NCBI RefSeq assembly: GCF_009914755.1
Contig: NC_060938.1
Length of the DNA stretch: 64,000 nucleotides
Source of the DNA: the human T2T-CHM13v2.0 reference genome, Homo sapiens
Strand: one strand, 5' to 3'
Numbering within the stretch: the first letter of the stretch is position 1; each line of letters begins with the position of its first letter. Under the pieces are notes generated by a model. It searched no databases and was not told where the DNA came from. It saw only the letters and a list, made by a program, of their open reading frames with translations. The translations under genes were made by a program, and so were the position numbers. This document shows positions 13,416 to 26,631 of the stretch, one piece after another.

Positions 13416-16268
13416 GGATAGCACTTCTTTGATGCAATTTTAAGTGTTCTGAAAGGCATCCCCTAACCAGTCCTCTCTTGCTCATTGAAGGGTCCCATCA
13501 GATTCCCCTTAAAAGGTTATTTGGATTAAAATGTGTAATTGGGTTTCTCCTACTATAAACAATAACTGGTATTTTAAAATGTACTTAAAGGGCTTTACAT
13601 TCATAATATTATTTAATCCACATGCAAAACCAAACCCTATGAGTGATAATTTATTTCTTCCAAATTACACATGAGATGCCTGAGGCCCAAGGAGTTTAAA
13701 TAATTTGCCCAAGTTCAGACAGCTAGGAGGGAGAATTTGAATTCAGATGCCTCCTACCCTGAAGATTAAATGTCCCAGGAAACGGATTTTATTATCCTTT
13801 ATTGTCCATTATCATATGAGTGCGGGGGTTTGTATCACCTGGGATCCATATACTAAAGGACAGGTAAATGAAACAAGGTCCTTCTGTGACATTGAAAGAA
13901 GCAATGACCTTCACAGAGGGAGCCTGTGCGAATTTACCTTTGGATACCCAGGGTCAGAGGACACCACTGAGGACCAGAAACTAGAGTGATAGGGACACTG
14001 AAGGCAAAGAGCCTCTCTCCCAATTTGGCCTGCAGAGGCCCTGACTGGAGGATGACCGTCTAAAAACAGCTTGTTCTAATGCCTTTAGCTGCCTGAGAAT
14101 ATTTCTGTCTTGAGAAACTCACATGCGATACACTTGGCAATAGCTTCAGGGCACTGATTCCTCCTCCTTCCCTCAGATGAGCTCAGGGCAGCAAAGAGAA
14201 CATAGAGATTCACAAATGAGCTTTCTTTGTAGGGCACTGTCTGCTTTGAGATTCTTCATTAAATCTTTTTCACAAATAAATTGCCCAAAGTCCATGGGGA
14301 ATATTTCCATCTTTTAATCATATACAGTTTGAATTGACTCTAGAATTGCAGTGTACGTGGCAGGGCTGGTTGGAGGGCCTGGACAGGGGCTGGGGAGCTT
14401 CAGAAGCCCAGCCCTTGCAATCTCTTTTGAATGTAAGTAACAAAAGGAGGCCCCAAAGGGAGCAATTGGAGTGAGCCTATATTTTGTAATGTGTTTAGCA
14501 CCCATTGTGGCTGGATTTTTAAAATCGTGAAAGTTAATTATGCATCTTACCTATTGGTTTAATATTGATTCCAGAAGTGAAATCTTGGGGTTCAACTTTC
14601 CTCACACTGGCTGGTGAGCCATGCTAGATTAATAGTTTAAATAAAATGTCAAGTATCGGATTACCATGGAAACATTAATACAAAGTGGACCCAGTGGCAC
14701 TTTGTGCTGTAGAATTACAATGATATGAATTACCTCGGTCTCCAGACACCTTCCGAAATGGCCAGGGCTGCATCCCTGAAATATGGGTCATTCAAGCACA
14801 AAGGAAGAAATGGTATGGACTGCTCCTACTCAGTCATGTTCCCATGCACACAGCTATAAGCTGGGCAAATGCCAGTTTCTTTTAAAAGACAGACGCAGGT
14901 AATGCAGGCAGATGTTGCTGTGATATGGTTCTCCCTTCTCGTGGAAAAACCAGTGAGAATGGGATGCCAGCTTTAGTGGTCTTCAGTCCTGGGGGAGGGG
15001 AGAGTGTGTCAAGAGTGTGTCAGTCACCCAGGGGTTAGAGCTCAGGAAGGCGCAGCATGCACTTTGGGGCGTGCTCCAGGACCTCTCTATGAAACACGTG
15101 TTCCAACTGCCTCCCCCAGCCTGATTAGCAGAGCACTGCTGATTATGTTATGCAAATGATAGGAGATGGATTTCACATTTCCCCCAGCCAGGCTTTGCAC
15201 AGCTTTGCATTTATTATTCCCCTTTAAAAATACGGAGTCCTCAGAGAAGGGGAACGGCTCGTTTTTATTTGATCGCCAGCAGAGTTGGCACAGACCTGTC
15301 AAGCAATCATCCTGGGCTGTGATCTGCAAAGCTGCCCTTTGTTGTTCAATTCCCCCCACCCCCCAGATTGTTTACAAGACACGCAGAGACATCTGCATGC
15401 CTCAAAACAAGTTATTTCCTGATTCGGCACAACTTGTCAGCCTGGGTGATGAAAATGTTACAGCATTTGCTGACAAGCCATCAGATAAACCTGGAGTTAC
15501 GTCCCCAGCACCTTGTCCTCATTCACAGCTCAGGATGGTAAACATTAGCAGGTCCTGGTTCTAGATGATTGTGCAATCAGCCATCTGCCCCTTAGCACTT
15601 CTAATAGTGCTTTCTACTCAATGGTGTTTGTCCATCACCAGAAAAACAGTGACTAGATTTCTCTCTGTTTGGAAATAGGAGGATTATGCTTGTGTTTGCT
15701 GCATTCCCAATAAGGTCTAGAAATCAAGGTTGGGTCTCTTGAATTTTAGATAAAAGTCTTGAGTGTCTTCAATTTAAATATTTCTATGCCCCATGTCGTA
15801 GTAAGATGTTTCCTTCCATTCCTTCTGTATATGTGAAAGTCAAGAAAACATAGTATAGCTTTCTATTAGCCTTTCTTCTCTCCACCTCTCTTCCTCCCCA
15901 TTGATTCTGCCCCCACCTCCCACCCCAGGGAGGAAGTAATATAATTTGTATAAAATGATCCACTGGAAATTAATGTGGCAGAGATTAGCTGACATATCCA
16001 ACTCCCCCTCCAGAAGAATTTATATGATGATTTCTCCTGATTTACAAGACACAGCCTAGCAACAGTATGAGCTCATCGAAGTGGGGAAAAATGGCTGCTT
16101 GTCACAACTTGGTAAGAGCTCCACAGATCTTTGTCAAATGGAAATAAAACTCTGTAGCTCTAGAAAGGTGTATTAAATCAGAGATTCATAATTCAGCTTT
16201 GCAAATAGCTACTCGCCACCTACCTCTGGTGAATCACAACTCTTTCCAGACATGTGGCATAGAATACC

Positions 16269-16271
<3 letters not shown>

Positions 16272-16323
<52 letters not shown>

Positions 16324-16392
16324 ACATCATATATATATAGGCACACATGCACATCATATATATATATATATATACACATACACATATATACT
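16272..16392. repeat. (TA)n microsatellite with TA/CA compound tail
   Basis: About 21 pure AT units at 16272-16314, followed by interrupted TA/CA runs. Confidence 0.95.
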
Positions 16393-18059
16393 TGCACATA
16401 CATGAGAAGTGGATGTTATCTTCATTTTTTAGATGGAAAAAACAAGACAGAGAAAGTTTGTATGACTGTTTGGGTTGTAATGTAATGTAACGTAGTCGGA
16501 ATTCAAATACAGGTTTATGTTGATTCAGTCCATGGTTTATACACCAGTGAGAAAACTTGTAGTTTCCAGTGGCAGCGAACCCAATGCAAGTTGATGTATA
16601 CAATAGAGGGAATTGGTTGTCTCCCATAACTGAAAAAGCCAGAGGTTGGCTTCACTGGAAGCTTGCTCCAGCAGTTTAAATGATAGTGCAAAGGCATAAT
16701 TTCTTAGTCTATCTACACTTATGTTTCTTAAAGGAGGTTTATCCTCAGGTTCCATACTGTGGCAAAGCAGCTCTTTCTCTCCCAGCAGGATGCCACAGTG
16801 CTTCCCCGGTGGTTCTGAATGGTACATCTTCAACATGCCAACCAGAAAAGAAAGACTGATTTTTAACTCCCAGAGAAGAGGAAGCTCCTCTTTCTTAGAA
16901 ATATCTTCTATTAAGTCGTAGAATCTGATACAATTACATTCCCATCCTTGAACCAGTCCCTTGGTTAGAGGAAATGGACCAATCAAGGCTGACATCTAAA
17001 ATTAGAGGTGAGAATGCCACAGAAACCAAATGGCTAAGAATGAAGAAGAGAGATACTGTCCCTCAATGCTTGTCCAAAACAACAATAGAAAGACAAAAAA
17101 ACAAGTGTTTCCTCTTTACCCTTCTAATATGTGATAGAGACAATGAAGCAAAAGACATCTATACAATGGACTTAAGAGCACATATAAAGCACATTCAAAC
17201 ATGGAAAGTAAAAAAGAGCAGAGAAAGACCACTGAAGGAGTTCTTTTGGTTAGATAAGAAACAAACAAAGGCAAAGTTCCAATATAGAAAGTTTAAGTAG
17301 TTTTATTGTTGTCGGTAGTGGGTGGTTGTTTTGTTTTTCGCAGGAAATAGCTAAGAGCTGTAAGGAAAAGCTGAAGTGCAAAAGTGGAGAAATCAATCAT
17401 CTCAGGGATAGAATATACATGCTCTTTGCTGTTAGAGAAGTAAGAGAAATGATTTTGATGAGGCTAAGTGATATATTCTGAAAAGCTGAACAATCTAGGC
17501 TTTCTAATTATATGAAATATCAAACTGCTGCAGATTTTGAACTGAAAATTAACATGTTAAAAATGTTCTGGTTGAGGAAGTTTTTCTATTCTATTCTGCA
17601 TTACATGGCTAGAGTGGAGAAGTGATCAATTGTAAGGAGAAGGTAAGTGGAAGGAAGGCGAGTCAGTGCCTGGGAGGTGAGGTCATTCTCTGCAAAAACA
17701 CGTGTTAGGCACATTCCACACCACGAGTCAGGCTGTATGCTAGGCTCAATACTAGGAGAGAGACACAAAGATGAATTAGAAATAGACTCTCCTCACAGAG
17801 CTCACAGTCTGTAAGTGGAGGTAAATGTGTAGATATCAATCACAATCCAACATGGTAGGTAGTATATGAAGAGAAGGGAAAAATACCATGGGGTTCACAT
17901 GAACAACAGACTCAACTAGAGAAATTAAAGGAGTCTCCACTTGAGCTCGGTCATATAGAAGTACAATAGCCTAAATTAGCATGATGGTCTTGGAATATAA
18001 ATAGTGGGTCATAGCTCAGCTGTTATGTTGCAGGGGATGCAAGTTGATGAAAGACAGAA

Positions 18060-18175
18060 AGGGACAGAGAGAAAGGAAAGAAAGAAGGAAGCAAAAAAGG
18101 AAGGAAGGATAGAAGGAAGGAAGGAGAGTGAGGAGGAATGGAGGAAGGATGGATGGAAGGAAAAGAAGGAAGAAA
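18060..18175 (+). repeat. GA-rich/(GGAA)n low-complexity tract
   Basis: Directly visible. Confidence 0.85.
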
Positions 18176-19351
18176 ATACAATTGCCTTCTTACTTGGTTG
18201 CATTTGTTTGTTCTGTGGTTAAATAGTCCAGGCCTTCCACTTTTCCTTTTTCAAACTTTCAGTAGACCTGGCCTTAAAATGTCATCAATGATAGCAGAAA
18301 ATGAGAATAAATGAACTAACATTTTCATTTAAAGTTAGCAAGAGAATGTGGTTGGTTAGGGTTAATGTAATGGAATTAGTTTGTACACATTTCCTATCTT
18401 TCTGCCCTTAACCTATGTTATATGGTAATTTTTAATATAATTTATGATATCACCTAGAATAAAGGGACGTTTTTTAAAAACTGAAACATTGAGTTGGGAC
18501 TAGAGATGAAAAACACAAACCAATTAATAATATTATTTTTCCACTAATTGATACTTTGGCAGGACATGAATGTATGCATGTTAGAGAAAGGGAAGATGAC
18601 AGGCTGTTGTTTTAACCTTGTAGAATAAAATCATTATAAAGAAACAACTTCAGACATTAGTGATTTCAACTGAGAATTTTTCTCTGCTGTGATTGAGAAA
18701 CGTTACCCTGTCAGAAATTTCAGAAAGTGAATGAGAGGTGAGGACTAGAGGACCAGTAACAATTTTGCCTAAACCGGAGATGTGTCATTCCCTAGCTCTG
18801 GAGTTTCTTGTATTCCTATAAATATTCACTCACTGTGAGGTGTAACTAAGCGACATATACACTGTATTTATGTCCTACTCAACCCGTCACTTACTAATAT
18901 AGCAGTCAAGCAGTGCCAGATTATACTGTTTCCTCTTGCACTTTATGGCTGGCATCGCAAACTTTCTGTTCTCTTCCGTCCACAACTCGTTTTTGTTCAA
19001 TTGTTCATTGAAGTAGGCTCCCCTTGAAATTTGGAAGAAATTAAATGTTATATTTGCATTCATACCCAATTAATTAATCATGATTAATGTTCCTACAATG
19101 AATACAAAATGAATTAATCATGATTAGTAACATACTGAAATGTGAAGCTTAGAATCTGATTTTTCCCACTTGGTATGTAATGTACAAACCTTGGAAGGGT
19201 GTCCATAGATTTCAGCTTCTTTGTCCTTTCTTCTGTTTTTGTGACTGTTCTAGGTCATTGACCAAGGTTTGTGGATAAGAGTGTTCATAAATAAAAGTGG
19301 ATAGTGATCATACTCCTCCTGGGATTCAGGAGCAAAACCCTTATACAGATG

Positions 19352-19565
19352 GTAATCATAAGCCTTTAGACCAAGAATTGGTGTACTCTGGCCCATGAGT
19401 CAGGTATAGCCTGCTGCCTTTCTTTGTTTGTCATTTGTGTATTGTCTATGGCTGCTTAGATGCTACTATTGCAGAGTAGAATAGTTGTAACAGAGAGATA
19501 CCATATGGCACAAAGCCAAAAATACTTATCTGGTTCTTTACCAGCTACATATTGGCCAATCCCTG
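19352..19565. mobile_element. MER58-like hAT-Charlie MITE
   Basis: tattgtctatggctgc...gcagagtagaatagttgtaacagaga...aaagccaaaaatacttatctgg...ggccaatccctg resembles MER58A. Confidence 0.65.
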
Positions 19566-21719
19566 CTTTATTTAAATGGGCATAGTAGAACAGATATCTC
19601 ATTTATGATTTTTTAAATTACCTTAACTCTTTGAGGGTAAGGACACTTAAGTGGTTCTAAATGAAATGTCCTAGAAGACAGTGATTCTAAATTTGCCTAC
19701 CGTGCCAGGCACAGTGTCCAGCACAGTGCTTGGCACTTAACACACCCCTTCTAGGGGAGTGAATGAATAAATGAATGGATAAATGTATACTCCATAGTGC
19801 TTGAGCATGGACTTTATCCCACTTTAATGCCTAATTTTATACCTATGAAATAGGGAGAATTTGTTGTTGTTATGTAAAACATTTTTTGAGATTAGACACA
19901 ATTATATAAAATATTATACAGTTCTACAGGATTTACTTTTGCATTTTAGTTATTCAGCAAACGCATGTAGGGACAATAATGTGCTAAGCATATGTGCTTT
20001 GCAAATATTAATTTATTTAATTCTCATGCAACCCTTGGCTATAGAGTTTCAGATGAGAATAATAAAGCACAGAGAAGGGAAGTGGCTGGGTCAAGGTCAC
20101 ACAGGTACTAAGTTTGGACCTCATTGCAAATGGCCCCATCAAGAATGATATGTTAGTGTTTTGTGTCTCCAAGTCTCCAAAAGTACATATGAATCCAGCA
20201 TGTCCTTTTTATAACATGGCCTAAACTGGTCAACAGATATCCTTTGGAAAAATATATGTAATCCTTCAAGAAATATATTATATCCTATTAATTCTTGAGA
20301 TGAAGATTTCAAGATTAAATAAGTAGAATTTCAGACGCTCATTCAATCTATCCATTTGATTCACTTTTAAATCAGTTCGAAGGGCATAAATAAATGAAGG
20401 AAACATAAAAATATGGGATTCCCTATATCAGCCAGTTCTCAATTTCAAGCAGCAGTAAGCAACAAAATTAATGAGGAAAAACAATTTCCTAGAAGGATAG
20501 TAGGTGGTTCACAGACTTGACCCCTGAAAAACCAGGCTCCAATAATGAGTGGGAACAAAGGGAGTCTGAGCATCAGGGGATGAACTAATCTCTGAGCATG
20601 ATAGCTGTCCAGGTGGGGAACACTACTCAGGATTCTATGATTACTGGCCATGTTCCATTTCCCTAATTCACTTATAGGAAGGTAGCCATTTGTTATAAAT
20701 ATTTTCTGAATTGTCTATGTATTTTTGCATCACTACCTCAAGATTTAAAGACCTAGATAGGTGAAAGTTGCATTTCTTAGCTGCCCAGCGGGTGAAGAGC
20801 AAACATAACTGCTTTTCTATCACCAAGCTTCACTGAGGATATCTCAAAAACGAGAAGTATTTAGATACTGGGGAGCCAGCACATACACACAGGCACATGC
20901 ATATATGTACATATACAGACACATATACAACCATATAGATAGGGATATCACTAACAAGCCTCACCCCTACTATTTGGCTGTCTGTATTTTTCTCTATTAA
21001 TACAATAATTTTCAAAAGAATGTTCCTTTCTCTAGTTCTCTTGTCAATAACTAAAAAATGAAATTTTTAAAATGATTATTACAATTTCAACAAGTTTTTT
21101 TTGTTTGTTTGTTTATGTGGCAGGAAGTTGGGATTTTGGAATAAACTTTAAGCCATTATTTTTAACACAGAGAAAGTATGTTAACTTTATATGGGTTAAT
21201 CATAAGTTAATGGGAATCTACAATTACTCCTAAAGTGGTTCTTTATATGCAGAGAAAAAATCTGCACTTATCACTTACTTTACTGGGAGCAAATGTTCAA
21301 TCAGTATCAAATATTTAAAAGCAAGGAGCTAAACAAGGGAACTCATGGATGTGCTAAAAGTATAATTCATACTGTTGGTGAAGAATTAAAACCTGCAGTT
21401 CAAATTTGCATCTCGTTCAACTTTTTGTGTTTGTAATTGGATTATATGTCATTATTTCTTCTTTCATTCATTCAAGAAAAATTCATTGAGCTTATTCTAA
21501 GTGCCAAGTAATGTGCATATAGGGGACCTACTAACGGCCACATTCTGGAAGCGGAAAGCACTGTCCTTTGGGAAATTATAATCTACCTAACTTTGGTAGA
21601 CTCTCATCTGTCAAGATTTTTATTCTACTTCTTAAGTGAGTACAATGAAAGATTTTCTAAATCAAACAAAGTGTTTTATAGAACGCTATCTTGTTTCATT
21701 CAAATAACCCCAAAATATG

Positions 21720-22240
21720 ATAGATTGATAGAATAATGGTTGCTAATAAATCACGCCCTTTGCAATGTTTGTTGTCACTCCTCTCATCAAGAATGTTATC
21801 ATTTTCCCACCTATTAAATTTGGGCTGGACATGTGAGTTTTGTTGACCTGAAAGTGGCAGAAATGATGATGTACAAATTCTGAAATCTAGGTCTTAACAA
21901 GCCTTGCTGCTTCCTCGTTCATTATCTTGGAACTCTGAGATGATACCAGATGACAAGGTGGCCCAGTTTACCCCATTGGAGAATGGATAGCCACTTGGAG
22001 GACAATTGGGTGGCCCAGCAACAGCCAGGGGCCAACTGAAAGACTTGTGAGGGATGTCATCTGGGACCTCCATCCCCGGCCAAGCTGTCAGATGATTGTA
22101 GCAATGTGAGTGATCCCAGGTATGATCAGCAGAATGGCTCACCCAAACCTCAGAATTGTGTAAAATAATAAAACGTTGATGCTTTAAGTTACTAAGTATA
22201 TAGACGGTTTGTTTGCTAAGCAGCAGTGGACAATTGGAAT
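21720..22240 (+). mobile_element. MaLR LTR (MLT1G/H-like)
   Basis: gggctggacatgtgag...gcagaaatgatg...ctaggtcttaacaagccttg...aataaaacgttgatgctttaagttactaag are typical MLT1 motifs. Confidence 0.7.
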
Positions 22241-22917
22241 AGGAGGTATTTATTAAATATCCGTTTCCACTAAATTCACTATTCTTGGATTCAGCTTCTC
22301 TAATCAGATCCAATTTCTTTATATTCATCTATAATTGGCCATTTCCTCAAGTTGGTTAGAATTTACTTACCTGATGAAATTAAATATTTCCGATGAGGAT
22401 TATACTGGAAACACTTTGGTTTTCTCTTTGTATGTTTACCCTTTTTTCTTGGAAAATAATCATGAATTTTTACATAGTCACAATAATGGAAATTTAGAGA
22501 AAAAATTACACATTCATTTTTCATAATTACCTAGAGTCGTAATTCCAGGGAAGTAAGGATACAGGCAGAAAGAAATGTCAACAACACCTTTGGATGGCAT
22601 GACTGTAACTTCAAATGTGACTTGAACACTTGGGAGTCTCTGTGCCATGCCCTGTTTTTAATGACATGAAGGCTGCTTGTGTATTCCATGTTTATACCTT
22701 CCACAGCATAGATTACAAATACCCACAAAGAACTCAGATTTTAATAAAAGGCACAAAGCTTTGTTTAACAAAGAAGTGGTTTTATGACCTGCTAAATGAG
22801 TTGCATAATAATCACACACTTATAAAAACAAAAGAAAAAATTAAAAATACACAAACACAAAAACACTTTCTACATGTAAGCCCCCCTTATCCCCCCATAT
22901 ATATGCAACAAAATTAA

Positions 22918-23345
22918 TCATATTATATATGATATATTATATGATATATATGATATCATATATATGATATATATCATATATATGATATCATATATATGAT
23001 ATATATCATATATATGATATCATATATATGATATATATCACATATATGATATCATATATGTGATATATATCATATATGATATAATATATGATATATATCA
23101 TATATGATATAATATATGATATATATCATATATGATATAATATATGATATATATCATATATGATATAATATATGATATATATCATATATGATATAATATA
23201 TGATATATATCATATATGATATAATATATGATATATATCATATATGATATAATATATGATATATATCATATATGATATATATGATATGATATATATCATA
23301 TATCATATGATATATATGATATAATATATATGTTATATATATATA
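22918..23345. repeat. AT-rich palindromic minisatellite: ~3.4 x 32-bp units, then ~7.7 x 28-bp units
   Basis: The 32-bp unit tgatatcatatatatgatatatatcatatata starts at 22951, 22983, 23015 and 23047. The 28-bp unit tgatatatatcatatatgatataatata starts at 23061, 23089 ... 23201 ... Confidence 0.95.
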
Positions 23346-25758
23346 CTCATGCTCAGGAAATCCCAGTTAACGCTGTCCTGGTCTTCAAAACAGCCAAACA
23401 AAACTGGTTTCTGGGACAGTATCTCCAGCCCTTTCCCACCCGAGTTTGCACCTGAAGTAAATCTGTGCATTCCGGACTACTTGGAAGAGTGGGCATGAGC
23501 ATAAGAAATCACTATGATTATCTTTTTCCATGCTGAAGGAAAGACTATTTTGCTCTCTGTAGGTAAACCATTGGAGGCTTATTTCCTGAAATGCTCCTTA
23601 TGTCCTCTTTTCGTTTTGGAGCAGAACCACTGTCACCTTCTGATCTGCATTGGAACATCTACACAAACTCCAGTACCATGAGACAGCGAACATGTTAAGT
23701 GTGTTCCTTCCTGTCATCTACATGAGGGAAGCCAAAAATAGCAATTTTTCCCCTGCACTCTTGTCTGACAGGTAAAAGCTTATTAAACAGTGCCTCAAAT
23801 TGTCTCATGGAAATTAGGCTCATTTTTCTAAAATTGAAAAGATCCACCCAATCTTGCCTTATTACACAGCAAGTTGATAGGCATATTGAGATCACACTTT
23901 GTCTTTTCCAGCAAGAGGAAAACTCAAGGTTTATCACTTTTTCAGCTAGAGATTATTAGAAATATGCAGAACAGTTAAAATAATTTTAAAGTTATGATAT
24001 AAAGAAAGAATATAAATTTCAAGCATGATCTTCTAGAATTCAAATTGTTGACTTGAACTGCATCTCAGCATTTAATACATCCAGCTTCAAGGTAAATACT
24101 GTTAAGCAAGCTTGAACTAAGCTTAGCAGAGTTTAACATGCTCAGTTATATTTGCTTAAGAAGAATTATTTCTAGCTCTTCTTACAGATATATATTTGCT
24201 ACAACTCTTTAGAGCTTTGCTTCTCAGTGCAAGTCCTATGCCTCAAATAAAGTGCTCATTATCTGGATAGGCAGGAGTTGCTGGGGCCTTTACTATCAGG
24301 ATAACTGGGCAAATATTTTATCTCAGTAATCTGCATGAATCACATTTAATAGGATGAGTTCATCTTTCAAAATCCACTGTATTTGTGATAAACAATAGCT
24401 TGCTGAATGTATCCAAGCAACAGCAACATATTCACCATATGTATCAAAATGACCAGAAGGAAATATTTAAGCTATCTTCAAGTACATAATACTTCATTTT
24501 ATAGATACCATTGACCAGATATTTTCCATCTTCTCTATGAGTAGTGTAGCATGCAATGGGCTTATACTCTAGTAAAGGAATTCAAGTTAGACTTTCCTCT
24601 TGATAACAAGTTGCTGGGGATTAGAAATAGCCAATAAGGGAAACTGTATGCAATGGGATGTAAAATGTTGTCTTTCTCTTTCTGTCTCTTTCTCATCTGT
24701 CTGTGTCTATCATGTACTTATTTGTTTATTTAACCTTATTGCTCAACATTTATCAAAAATTCAGAGAAAGACATTACTTAGGAAGAACTGCTTGTAGAAT
24801 GTGAAGTTCATTATGAAAAAATTATTCATTCCTCCAGATTATCCAGTTTTTCTTTCTGGTCAAACATGACCTGGAAAGAGCTAGGTACTGGAGCATGTGC
24901 AGTTGCCACCACCTCCACCTCCGTAGAATGTTTTAACTAAATTATACTTTGATGTGGTGCTATCACACTGCATAAGAAATTGGTCTCATAGCAATCCCTA
25001 CTGCAAGGATGCTATTGAGATTGTTTTCTACTGTACACATTCTACTCTTTATGAGGACCCATGAGAGGAATGAATTCCAGGTCTTACTAAACATGATAGT
25101 TCTACCTTCTACAGTGATTGGTATTTGTTGACTGGACATAGTGATTGTGTAATTGAAAGGTTTCCCATTTTATGGTGATGCCTGGAAAACTTAGATCCAA
25201 TTTTGTGATACATGTGTGTGTATATATTATAAATACATTTAAGCAAACTTTCCAGCTTATTTTATTATCTCCATCCATGTTATTCTTTATTTTTCCTCCA
25301 TGGTTTTAAGTTGTGCCATTTTGTTATAATAATATTAAATAAAATAATAACAACTTTTACTTATTGTGTGCTTATTACCTGCCAGAATACCTGCTAAGAG
25401 CTCTTTATATAACACCTAATTTATTAATAATTCTTATAAAATGCTCATAATAATTACCTATTTGTTATATATTAGGGGATAAAAAGCACATTTTAGTATT
25501 TCCTTGATCTGTTAGTGGATAAATTGAGATTTCTTTAAATATATTCTCTCAATAACAGAAAACCTGTGAAAAACAGAGTCTAGGTGCCAATCACTGCAAT
25601 TGTGCTTTATGTGTGTTATCTTAATTAAAATCAGGAAACGTGTATGTCATAGTTACTATGATAAGTACTATTAAGTGTCAGTACTACTTATTTATGATAT
25701 GGACTATTATTATCCTTGTTATACTGATGAGGAAACATGCACAGAGATGTTAAGTTGC

Positions 25759-26631
25759 TGTTGATGAAGAGTCAAACTCTGTAAAATATTTGAAGAGATT
25801 TATTCTGAGCCAAATAAGAGTGAACATGGCCTGTGACACATCCCCAGGAGATCATGAGAACACGTGACCAAGGTGGTTGGGCTACAGCTTGGTTTTATAC
25901 ATTTTAGGGAGACATAATACATCAATCAATACATGTAAGATGTACATTGGTTTGGTCAGGAAAGCCAGGGCAGGAAGGGTTCGGGGTCTTCCAGGTCATA
26001 AGTGAATTCAAAGATTTTCTGATTGGTAATTGGTTGAAAGAGTTTCTCTTAAGACCTGGAATCAACAGAAGGGAGTATATGGTTTAAGATAAGGGGTTGT
26101 GGAAACCAAAGCTCTTATTATGCAGATGAAGCCTCTCGGTAGCAGGCTTCAGAGATAATAGGTTGTAAATGTTTCTTATCAAACTTAAAAAGGTGTCAGA
26201 CTCAATTAATTCTCCACTGGATCAGGAAAAAGACCTGGTAAAGGAAGGAGATTCTCTACAGAATGTAGATTTTCCCCACAAGAGACAGCTTTGCTTGGCC
26301 ATTTCAAAATATGTCAAAGAAGTATATTTTGAAGTAAAATACTTTGATATTTTTTAGGGCCTGCCCTCTGTCATGTGATGCTACACTAGAATTAGGTTGG
26401 AATTTGGTATCTTCTTGCTACCAAGAGTCTGCTTTGTTTTAATGTTAGTGCTGGTCAGTGGTGGCTAACCAGGTTGAATTCCAAAGGGAAGTGAGTATAA
26501 TGAGGCACGTCGGTGGCCCCCTTCCCGTCAGGGCCTGCACTAGTGTTTCAGGTTGACTTTGGAATGCTCTTGGCTAAGAGGAGTGGTCCATCCAGTTGGT
26601 TGGGGGACTTAGAATTTTATTTTGGTTTACA
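25759..26631 (-). mobile_element. MER4-family ERV1 solo LTR (~870 bp) inserted into a MIR
   Basis: The minus strand begins tgtaaaccaaaataaaattctaag (MER4-type 5' end) and ends cagagtttgactcttcatcaaca. The flanks rejoin into a MIR core (gatgaggaaac...gttaagttgc / tttccaag...gaacccaggtagtttaactccaga). Confidence 0.85.

Noticed and set aside
22918-23345. TCAT-containing minisatellite as a NOVA sponge RNA
   Set aside because: The UCAU words are widely spaced and would be locked in hairpins, and there is no evidence of transcription here.
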